A DNA stretch of 64,000 bases from a bacterium (GTDB lineage Bacteria; UBA8248; JACPRG01; G963555815): NCBI GenBank assembly GCA_965261595.1, contig CBDHDG010000007.1, positions 160,001 through 224,000 of the forward strand. The letters are read 5' to 3'. The notes beneath the pieces were generated by a model. It saw nothing but the letters and a program-made list of their open reading frames with translations. It searched no databases and was not told the DNA's origin. Position 1 is the first letter of the stretch; every line of letters begins with the position of its first letter. Made by a program: the position numbers and the translations under genes. Below, one piece after another: positions 21,419 to 29,623 of the stretch.

Positions 21419-22201
21419 ATGGATCCCCGGACTTTGCCGATGGCCAAGCGCAGAATGGAAGCCCTTCTTCTCAGCCGGGACGCCGCGCTCGCGGACGAGC
21501 TGGATGGACTGTTGAATTCTTTGGGTTTCAGCGTTGTCCGGAACGCGCCCCCGCACCGGGCGGGAGGGAAACCGCCCCGGATGCCCAGGGCCGACGCCGG
21601 GCCCCCGCTCCTTATTGTGGACGGGCGGGATTATCTGGGCGTCTGTCTATCCGATTCATCGGTCGAGGCGCCGGCCCCTCCCCTTTCCTCCCTCCCTCCT
21701 CTCCCCCCCACGCTTCTTCTGTTGGACGCCGGGGACCTCGATATCCCGGCCGGCCCGCTCATGGCGGACGAGGTGGCGTGTCTTCCCCTCCGGGCGAAAG
21801 AGGTCCGCCTCCGCGTCCGGAATCTTTTGGGGCCCCGGGTGTACGGCCGGCCGGATTCGCCCGGACCCGCCCGTCCCGTGGCGCCGTCCCGCGGTTCGGC
21901 AAAAGCGGAGGTCGCCGCCGCTTCGGGCCTCCGGTTGGATGAAGAGCGGTACGAGATCACGTTGGGCGGCAAACCCCTCGACCTGGCTTTCCGGGAGTAC
22001 GAGCTGCTCAAACACCTGATGACGCATCCGGGCAGGACCTTCACGCGCGAGCACCTGCTTGCCCGGGTCTGGGGGGAGGATTACTTGGGGGGAACGCGCA
22101 CGATCGACGTCCACATCCGGCGTCTGCGCATCAAGTTGGAGGCGGGCGGGCGCGAGCTCATCAAGACGGTCCGCAGCGTGGGATACAAATTCACCGGTTG
22201 A
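21419..22201 (+). CDS. OmpR-family winged-helix regulator with degenerate receiver domain (GlnR-like)
   Basis: LDLAFREYELLKHL..PGRTFTREHLLARVWGEDYLGGTRTIDVHIRRLR; lies directly upstream of glnA; start uncertain. Confidence 0.85.
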   Translation: MDPRTLPMAKRRMEALLLSRDAALADELDGLLNSLGFSVVRNAPPHRAGGKPPRMPRADAGPPLLIVDGRDYLGVCLSDSSVEAPAPPLSSLPPLPPTLLLLDAGDLDIPAGPLMADEVACLPLRAKEVRLRVRNLLGPRVYGRPDSPGPARPVAPSRGSAKAEVAAASGLRLDEERYEITLGGKPLDLAFREYELLKHLMTHPGRTFTREHLLARVWGEDYLGGTRTIDVHIRRLRIKLEAGGRELIKTVRSVGYKFTG

Positions 22202-22211
22202 ATCAGTGCGG

Positions 22212-22276
22212 CTCACAACGAATTAACACGGAATTCATCCTGCCGTAACTTTCCTGAAATATTCCTCGGTTATATA
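22212..22276 (+). promoter_or_regulatory. Array of five 11-bp-phased GlnR-box-like pentamers and a -10-like element upstream of glnA
   Basis: CTCAC-n6-TTAAC-n6-TTCAT-n6-GTAAC-n6-GAAAT, then TATATA at 22271-22276. Confidence 0.7.
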
Positions 22277-22469
22277 GAACGGGTCTCTTCGAGATCTCCG
22301 GCTCGCCCGGGCATGCCTCGGATGAGGTCGGAAGACAGGGTCCGTGAAGGTTTTCCGTTCAAAAGGCCGGTCCGTCGCGGCGGGTAAGGTTTGCTTCTCC
22401 ACCCTGGCGGGGATCTTGCAGTCCCATCGGCCCGTACATCCATTGTCAGCGTTACATAAGGAGGACCGA

Positions 22470-23861
22470 ATGGCCAAGACCACGAAACGCGCGTCATCCG
22501 CCGCCAAAGGCGCCGGGAAGGCCGCCCCGGCCAAATCCAAAGACCGGGAGTACATCCTTCGTCTTGCGAAGGAGAACAACGTCAAGTTCATCCGGATGTG
22601 GTTCTCGGACGTTCTGGGCAACCTCAAGAACTTCGCCATCACGTATGAGGAGCTGGCGACCACCCTCTACGAGGGCCAGGGCTTCGACGGCTCCTCCATT
22701 CAGGGTTTCGCACGCATCGACGAAAGCGACATTGTCGCGATGCCCGACACCTCCACGTTTCAACTGCTCCCGTGGCGAAGCGGCCCGCAGGGGCGCGTCG
22801 GCCGGATGTTCTGCAACATTCTCAATCCCGACGGCACCCCTTATGAGGGCGACCCCCGGTATATCCTGACGCGGAACCTGAAAGAGGCCGCCGACTTGGG
22901 ATACACGTTCTACATCGGACCGGAGCTGGAGTTTTTCCTCTTCAAGAATTCCGGCGGAACGGAGATCCTCGATCACGGCGGGTACTTCGACATGACCTCG
23001 CTGGACGCGGCCAGCAACTTCCGGCGCGACGCCGTCCTGACCCTTCAGGCCATGGGGATCGACGTCGAGTACAGCCACCACGAGGTCGGACCCAGCCAGC
23101 ACGAGATCGACCTGCGCTACACCGACGCCCTCACCATGGCGGACAACTGCATGACCTACCGGCTGGTCGTGAAGGAAACGGCCATGGCCCATGACATGTA
23201 CGCCACCTTCATGCCGAAGCCGCTGTTCGGCGAAAACGGCAGCGGAATGCACACCCATCAGTCGCTCTTCAAAGGGACCAAAAACACCTTCTTCGACCCG
23301 AAAGACAAAAACTCCCTGTCCGACGTGGCGAAGAGATACATCGCGGGCCTGTTGCGGCACATCCCCGAGATCAACGTCGTCCTGAACCAGTGGGTCAACT
23401 CCTACAAGCGGCTGGTCCCCGGTTACGAGGCGCCCGTCTACCTCACCTGGGCCATCCGCAACCGCTCGGTCCTGGTCCGCGTGCCGGTCTACAAGCCCGG
23501 CCATGAGCAGGCCACCCGGGTGGAGCTTCGCTCTCCGGACCCGGCCTGCAACCCCTACCTCGCCTTTTCGGCCATGCTGGCCGCCGGTCTCGCCGGAATC
23601 AAAGGGAAATACAAGCTGGCCGCTCCGGTCGAGAGCAACGTTTACGAGATGGACGCGCAAGAGCGGGAGAAGCTGGGGATCCGGGAGCTGCCCTCCGACC
23701 TGAACGAGGCCATCAAGGCGGCCGAGGACAGCGAGCTCCTGCGGAAGTGTCTGGGCGACCACGTATTCACCAAGCTGCTCGAAAACAAGCGAATGGAGTG
23801 GCACGAGTACCGCGCCCACGTCTCGCAGTTCGAGCTGGAAAAGTACCTGCCGATCTTGTAG
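22470..23861 (+). CDS. glnA: Glutamine synthetase type I (GSI-alpha-like)
   Basis: FDGSSI, HHEVGPSQHE, TFMPKP..NGSGMH, NSYKRL, ELRSPD; RBS AAGGAGG before ATG 22470. Confidence 0.98.
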   Translation: MAKTTKRASSAAKGAGKAAPAKSKDREYILRLAKENNVKFIRMWFSDVLGNLKNFAITYEELATTLYEGQGFDGSSIQGFARIDESDIVAMPDTSTFQLLPWRSGPQGRVGRMFCNILNPDGTPYEGDPRYILTRNLKEAADLGYTFYIGPELEFFLFKNSGGTEILDHGGYFDMTSLDAASNFRRDAVLTLQAMGIDVEYSHHEVGPSQHEIDLRYTDALTMADNCMTYRLVVKETAMAHDMYATFMPKPLFGENGSGMHTHQSLFKGTKNTFFDPKDKNSLSDVAKRYIAGLLRHIPEINVVLNQWVNSYKRLVPGYEAPVYLTWAIRNRSVLVRVPVYKPGHEQATRVELRSPDPACNPYLAFSAMLAAGLAGIKGKYKLAAPVESNVYEMDAQEREKLGIRELPSDLNEAIKAAEDSELLRKCLGDHVFTKLLENKRMEWHEYRAHVSQFELEKYLPIL

Positions 23862-24143
23862 CCGACATGTTTCGGCCCGGATCGGCTCGGGACGCCCGCG
23901 AGTCCGGGAGGGGGGTGAAAGGTCGGTTGTCCTGATGGGCAACCGGTTCTCCTCCCCTCCCCCTCCTCCCGTGTCTATTGTGATCCCTCAAGCTTGCCCG
24001 CACGACCCAAATAACGTAATTAAAGGTTCTTCAGCGGAAGGGCATGCGGAGCTCGGGTGCTTCAAGACCCCTGATCCGTGAAAGGACGTGCTGGAATTCC
24101 TCCATGCCCAAATCATCACGGGGGGGGGGAGGGGGGCGGGCTC

Positions 24144-24545
24144 ATGTACAGGGTGACCAAGAAGATCCATTTCTGCTACGGCCATCGTCTCCTCGATTAC
24201 GGCGGCAAGTCCAAAGCCGTTCACGGCCACAACGGAAGGCTGGAGGTCACCCTGGAGAGCGAAACCCTGGACGGGATCGGGTTCGTCGTGGAGTTCGGCG
24301 ACGTGAAGCGGATCATCCAGGGGTGGGTGGACGAGCGTTTCGATCACACGATGATCCTCCGCAAAGACGACCCCTTGCTTCCCTTTCTCAAAGAGCACGG
24401 CGATCCATACTTCGAGATGGACGGGAACCCAACATCGGAGAACATCGCCAAATTGATTTTCGACTACGGGGTCTCCCAAGGGCTTCCCGTCATAGAGGTC
24501 AAATTGTGGGAAACCCCGACTTCCTGCGCCACTTACCGGAAATAG
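24144..24545 (+). CDS. queD: 6-carboxytetrahydropterin synthase / PTPS family protein (non-canonical active-site motif)
   Basis: FCYGHRL, HGHN, FDH, NPTSENIA, VKLWETP. Confidence 0.85.
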   Translation: MYRVTKKIHFCYGHRLLDYGGKSKAVHGHNGRLEVTLESETLDGIGFVVEFGDVKRIIQGWVDERFDHTMILRKDDPLLPFLKEHGDPYFEMDGNPTSENIAKLIFDYGVSQGLPVIEVKLWETPTSCATYRK

Positions 24546-24558
24546 CCAGAGGCCCCCT

Positions 24559-25293
24559 TTGGATCTGAAGGGAAAGCGCGCCCTCGTCACCGGGTCCGCC
24601 GTCCGGGTGGGCCGCGTCATCGCGCTCAAAATCGCGGAGCGCGGGGCGGACGTCGCCGTCCACTACAACCGGTCCGCGGAACAGGCCGAGTCGGCCGCGG
24701 AGGAGATCCGCGCCTTCGGCGTGAAGGCCGTCACCGTTCAGGGCGACATCACCCGGGCCGGAGAGGTGGACCGCATCGTGGACGAGATCGAGGCCGGTCT
24801 CGGTCCCCTGGACGTCCTGGTCAACAGCGCCTCCATCTATTACCCGAAACCCTTCGAGGAGCTGACCGAGGAGGATTGGGACCGGAACCTGGCCGTCAAC
24901 GCGAAGGCCCCCTTCCTCCTCACCCGGCGAATCGCCCCCGGCATGAAGTCGCGGGGGCGGGGAAAGATCGTCAACATCGTGGACTGGGCGGCGGACCGGC
25001 CGTACAAGGGATACATGCCCTATTGCGCCGCCAAGGCGGCGCTTGTGAACCTGACCAAGTCGCTGGCCCTGGCGCTTTCTCCGGAGGTCCAGGTCAACGG
25101 CGTGGCGCCGGGTCCGGTTCTGCTGCCCGAGGACTTCACGGCCGAAGAGGTCGAGGCCGTCAAGCGCGCTGTCCCGCTCAAGCGGGTGGGCTCGCCCGAA
25201 GACATCGCCGCGACCGTCCTGTTCCTCATCGAGGGGACGGACTTCATGACGGGATCGATCGTCACGGTGGACGGGGGCAGGATGATCGCGTAA
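24559..25293 (+). CDS. Pteridine-reductase-like SDR (FolM/PTR1-like)
   Basis: TGSAVRVG, VHYNRS, NSAS, YCAAK; follows the PTPS gene. Confidence 0.85.
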   Translation: MDLKGKRALVTGSAVRVGRVIALKIAERGADVAVHYNRSAEQAESAAEEIRAFGVKAVTVQGDITRAGEVDRIVDEIEAGLGPLDVLVNSASIYYPKPFEELTEEDWDRNLAVNAKAPFLLTRRIAPGMKSRGRGKIVNIVDWAADRPYKGYMPYCAAKAALVNLTKSLALALSPEVQVNGVAPGPVLLPEDFTAEEVEAVKRAVPLKRVGSPEDIAATVLFLIEGTDFMTGSIVTVDGGRMIA

Positions 25294-25398
25294 CGGGGCG
25301 TCCGCCGACCCGCGCCCGCGCGGCTGTCGTCCAACCGGAGAGCGAAAGGCGGAATCGCCAAGGGGTTTTTTGGGGAGAAGGGGGGGGGAACCGTATCC

Positions 25399-26148
25399 GT
25401 GTCCGACTGGACAAAGAAATTCTTCGGCGAGGATTACGCCCGGGCTTACCCCCGCGACGACCTGACCGAATCCCAGGTAAAAGGGGCGATGGAGCTTCTG
25501 GGGATCGCGCCCCCCCCCCCCCTGCGCGTTTTAGACTTGGCCTGCGGGTACGGCCGCCACACGCTCTCCCTCCACAAGCAGGGTTTTCACGCCTTCGGCC
25601 TGGACAACGCCTGGAACCTTCTGGAGCGCGCGGGCCGGGACACCCAATCGGCCGGCCTGGGGATCGCCCCCCCGTTCACGTGCGCGGACATGCGGGTCCT
25701 GCCCTACGCCTCGGAAGCCTTCGACGCGGTGGTCTCGCTCTTCACGTCTTTCGGCTACTTCGACGACGAGGCGGACGACCAGGCGGTCTTGAAGGAAATC
25801 GCGCGCGTCCTGAAGCCGGGCGGACGGTTCTTCCTCGACGTCCTCAACAAAGAGTGGCTGATGGCCCACTTCGACGAGCGGTTCTGGGAGGAGGGCGAGG
25901 GGGCGAAGCTCCTGAACGAGATGGTGTTCGATTACGAGCGGGGACGCCTCAACACAAAGCGCACAATCATCCCCGACGAGGGCGAGCGGTCCGAGCTATA
26001 CAGCAGCATCCGCCTCTACACCCTGGCCGAGATGACCCGGATGCTCCGCACGGCGGGCCTCACGCACCGGAAGACCTACGGCGACTATGCCGGGAAACGG
26101 TACGACATGGAGGGGTTTCGGATGATTGTGGTGGCGGAGAAGGGGTAA
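25399..26148 (+). CDS. Class I SAM-dependent methyltransferase
   Basis: VLDLACGYGRH, ADMR, FTSFGYF, LKPGG. Confidence 0.92.
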   Translation: MSDWTKKFFGEDYARAYPRDDLTESQVKGAMELLGIAPPPPLRVLDLACGYGRHTLSLHKQGFHAFGLDNAWNLLERAGRDTQSAGLGIAPPFTCADMRVLPYASEAFDAVVSLFTSFGYFDDEADDQAVLKEIARVLKPGGRFFLDVLNKEWLMAHFDERFWEEGEGAKLLNEMVFDYERGRLNTKRTIIPDEGERSELYSSIRLYTLAEMTRMLRTAGLTHRKTYGDYAGKRYDMEGFRMIVVAEKG

Positions 26149-26200
26149 GGTCCTGGCAGGGCGCTGAAAAAAAATTCCAGGCTTTCAGAGCAGCAGTTGA

Positions 26201-26312
26201 TGTCATTCCGAGCGTAGCGAGGAATCTCGCCTCGATTCAATCGTTTCTCTGAACTCACCCGATAAAAGGGGTTTCAAGCTTGAGCAGATTTCTCACTCGT
26301 TTCAGAATGACA
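26201..26312. repeat. Small MITE/REP-like element with imperfect inverted ends
   Basis: TGTCATTCCGAGCGTAGCGAGGAATCT ... AGATTTCTCACTCGTTTCAGAATGACA. Confidence 0.6.
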
Positions 26313-26338
26313 GGTTGGGGACGATTTACAGCATCCAG

Positions 26339-26557
26339 CTAGGCAAGCCGGGCCTGCAGATCCTTCAAATCGATAACCGGGGCCTCGGGCTTTTCGAACA
26401 GCCTGCTTGCACCCAAGACCTCGATGCCCACGAGCTTCTCCCCGACCGTGAAATCAAGGGCGATGTCGTCCGTCAGGCGCACGACGCGGCACTGATGGTC
26501 TCCCTCCAGCAAGCGGATATAGAGGGCATCGGCGTCCTTGTCGTAAGTGATCTTCAT
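26339..26557 (-). CDS. DUF2283-like protein (putative antitoxin)
   Basis: MKITYDKDADALYIRL..LVGIEVLGAS. Confidence 0.88.
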   Translation of the reverse strand: MKITYDKDADALYIRLLEGDHQCRVVRLTDDIALDFTVGEKLVGIEVLGASRLFEKPEAPVIDLKDLQARLA

Positions 26558-26847
26558 CGTTTCGCCGCTTCCTGAAAGTAAAAGGTGTATACGGTCACAA
26601 CGACCAGCCGATCCTCCTCCTCCGCAACGATCGGGACTACCTGCTGGACATTATAGAAGCGGTTGTCCCATTCTCGTTTGAATTCCAAGTTGAGTCGGTA
26701 GAGGAATAACCCGCGCTGGGCCGGCTCCCGCTCTCCGATCCGTATGGCCTCCCTCACGTCTTCCTCGCGGGCGCCCCGTTCCCCCATCCTCTGCAAGGCA
26801 TGGGCAGTGAAGACAATCGGCTTGGAAGGCCGCTCCTCCCGCCTCAT
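26554..26847 (-). CDS. DUF4258-like protein (putative RelE/BrnT-like toxin)
   Basis: FTAHALQRMGERG..VVVTVY; ATGA overlap with the DUF2283 gene. Confidence 0.85.
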   Translation of the reverse strand: MRREERPSKPIVFTAHALQRMGERGAREEDVREAIRIGEREPAQRGLFLYRLNLEFKREWDNRFYNVQQVVPIVAEEEDRLVVVTVYTFYFQEAAKR

Positions 26848-27350
26848 TTGGACGTCGTCTGCACGATTGTCTCACGGCAGCATTTTTCCTCACCGCCTCG
26901 AGGGTAGCGCGCCAAGAGGCCGTTGCCAGGGGTGGTGGGGTCAGGTTTTGAATCGTGAATTCGCAGTATCCCGTCACGAAGCAAGTCAGGACGAATGTGG
27001 TCCTTCTCTTCCGAGTCACGTCCCCTTTCTCGACCTTCCCATCCCGCCCATGTCGACTTAGAACGCTCATCGGGGATTGTCCAGGAAATTCAGTCCTATA
27101 ACGGCAATTTCTCACAAATTGGAAGTCCGGGCATCCCTTCGTCTTCGCTCAGGCGAGCTCTTTCGAGCTCCTGGATTGGCTCCTATGGGCCTGCGACGGA
27201 CCCGCACGTCGGCGGGCGGCGACTCTCCCCTACATCGAAAAAAACCCGGTCATAAGCGACTGTGTTTTTATTGGGCTTTCGTGTTATTTACATCTATATT
27301 GGTAGAACAATTTTCGATTCAATCCAGCGAGGGGGCGGGGGAGAAGGGTC

Positions 27351-27887
27351 ATGGAAGTCACAGCGAGCAAGCTCAGGGCCAACCGGCAAAACGCGCTGAA
27401 ATCCACCGGGCCAAGGACGGCGGACGGGAAGGCGGTGGTCCGCTACAACGGCCTCAAGCACGGAATCCTGGCCCGCGAGGTGGTCATCCCGGCCGGGAAG
27501 GGAGAGGAATCCCAAGGGGATTTCGACGACCTTCTTGCGAACCTCCGGGGATGCTATGAGCCGGAGGGCTTCGTGGAAGAGGTGCTGGTCGAGAAAATCG
27601 GCGTCTGCCACTGGAGGCTAGCCCGCGTTCTGCGTTTCGAGACGGGCGCGATCCGCTCGCGGATGGATCGGATCGGCTCTTTCATGGACCCCGATGAGGA
27701 CGAAATTCCGGGGATCGAGGCGGAGATCGCCGCGCAATCCCTCCCCGACCGCGACAAAAGCGAGATCCTTGTCCGCTACGAACGGATGATCGAGCGCGAG
27801 CTCTACCGGGCGATGCGGCAGCTCGAAAGGCTGCAAAGACAAAGGCGCGGCGAGGCCGTTCCGCCGCCGATCATCGTCGGCGCATGA
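27351..27887 (+). CDS. Conserved hypothetical protein
   Basis: ANRQNALKSTGPRTADGKA..NGLKHG N-terminal motif and RYE..IERELYRAM..LERLQ C-terminal motif of a common uncharacterised family. Confidence 0.75.
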   Translation: MEVTASKLRANRQNALKSTGPRTADGKAVVRYNGLKHGILAREVVIPAGKGEESQGDFDDLLANLRGCYEPEGFVEEVLVEKIGVCHWRLARVLRFETGAIRSRMDRIGSFMDPDEDEIPGIEAEIAAQSLPDRDKSEILVRYERMIERELYRAMRQLERLQRQRRGEAVPPPIIVGA

Positions 27888-28185
27888 AAAAGTATGATTC
27901 AAACCCAAAGGAGGAAAGGAATAAGAATCAATGGGTTTTGGATTTCGTGGGAGCAAAAACAGGAAAGATCACTTAGACGGGCCGGAACCGGGGAAAAGCG
28001 CTTCTTCCCGGTCCCTGGATTGAATGACAAGTCGAGATTCCTCTGTCGGGGCTTAACTCAGATTTCTCACCCATCCCCCCCTGAGCCAATTCCACCTTGC
28101 ATGAGCCCGCGCTCTCTGGCACCTTGGTGTGAAGACCCGCCGCGAAAGGCGTGGCGACGGCCGCCCCGGAAAAGGAGAATCCTTC

Positions 28186-29556
28186 ATGCCGTTCGATGAC
28201 CCCCGGGATTTCCTGGAATATCTCGAAGAACGGAACGACCTCCTCCGCATCTCCGAAGAGGTGGATCCGAAGTTCGGAATCTCCGCCTACATCCGAAAGA
28301 CCTCGGACCAGCAGGGGCCCGCCCTCCTCTTCGAGAATGTCAAAGGACACGACACGGCGGTCGTCGGGGGAATCTTCGCCTCCCGGCGCCGGGTCCTCAT
28401 GGCCCTGGAAGCCAATCCCGAGAACATTTACGAACGGTTCGACCACGGGGTGTGCAACCCCATCCCCACACGCCTCGTCGAGACGGGTCCCTGCAAGGAA
28501 GTGATCTGGAAGGGGGACGAGGTGGACCTCACCCGCCTGCCCATCCCCACCTACGCCGAAAAGGACGGGGGTGCCTTCATCACGCACGGAATCCAGATCA
28601 GCAAGGACCCGGAGGACGGCTCCAAGAACGCCTCGATCTACCGGATGCAGCTCCACGGAAAACGCGAGCTGGGCGTCTACCCCTCGGGATACCAGGACCT
28701 TTCCCGCCAATACGTCAAGGCGGAGGCCATGGACAAGCCCCTGGAAATCGCCGTGGCTTTGGGATGCGACCCGGCGGTGATGCTTGCCACGCAGGTGGCG
28801 GCCGCTTACGGGGAGGATGAATTGGCGATCGCCGGCGGGCTGAAGGGCAAGCCCGTGGACGTGGTGAAGTGCGAGACCGTGGACCTGGAGGCGCCCGCGA
28901 CGACGGAGATCGTCATCGAGGGCGTGATCCCGCCCCATCGCAGGGAGCACGAAGGCCCCTTCGCCGAATACTCCGGCTATTACGGCCCGGCGTCGATGCA
29001 GCCGGTGGTCGAGGTGACGGCCGTCACCCACCGGCGGAACCCGATCTTCCACGCCGGCCTGACCGGACGCCCCATGACCGAGAACCACTTCCTTCAGCAG
29101 ATCCCCGGCGAGACCACGATGCACCGGCAATTGAAATCGAATTTCCCGGGCCTGAAGGACGTTCACGTCACCGGTGCCGGATGCGCTACATTCATGGTCT
29201 TCATCAGCGTGGAGCAGACCTTTGCGGGAGAGGGCCGAAAGCTCCTGATGGCCGCCATCGCGGGCAAGAGACCCCTGAAGTGCGTCGTCGTGTGCGATGA
29301 AGACATCGATGTCTTCGACGATTCCCAGGTCCTGTGGGCCATCGCCACCCGGGCCCGGCCGGCGGAGGACATCGTCATCCTTCCCAAATTTCCCACGGCC
29401 AACCTGGACCCGTCCGTGCCAGAGGGAGAGCTGGGATCGGCGCTTGGGATCGACGCCACCCAGCCCTTCGGGGAGCCGTTCCCGGAGGTCCCCTTCCACC
29501 CGGGCCTGGACCGCGTTCCCGATCTTCTCGAGATGATGCGGCGGGTAGCGGGCTGA
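28186..29556 (+). CDS. UbiD-family prFMN-dependent (de)carboxylase
   Basis: NASIYRMQ, EIVIEG, EGPFAEYSGYY, WAIATR, LDPS; RBS AAGGAG. Confidence 0.93.
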   Translation: MPFDDPRDFLEYLEERNDLLRISEEVDPKFGISAYIRKTSDQQGPALLFENVKGHDTAVVGGIFASRRRVLMALEANPENIYERFDHGVCNPIPTRLVETGPCKEVIWKGDEVDLTRLPIPTYAEKDGGAFITHGIQISKDPEDGSKNASIYRMQLHGKRELGVYPSGYQDLSRQYVKAEAMDKPLEIAVALGCDPAVMLATQVAAAYGEDELAIAGGLKGKPVDVVKCETVDLEAPATTEIVIEGVIPPHRREHEGPFAEYSGYYGPASMQPVVEVTAVTHRRNPIFHAGLTGRPMTENHFLQQIPGETTMHRQLKSNFPGLKDVHVTGAGCATFMVFISVEQTFAGEGRKLLMAAIAGKRPLKCVVVCDEDIDVFDDSQVLWAIATRARPAEDIVILPKFPTANLDPSVPEGELGSALGIDATQPFGEPFPEVPFHPGLDRVPDLLEMMRRVAG

Positions 29557-29623
29557 CCCGGGAAGCGTTTCCGCCCGCTCCGGCCCGCCTCCCGGCCCCT
29601 CGCCGAGCCTTTAAGCGCCTGTC

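Noticed and set aside
22280..22469. Glutamine riboswitch in the glnA leader
   Set aside because: The leader is long, but I could not match conserved glnA-motif sequence or structure by eye.
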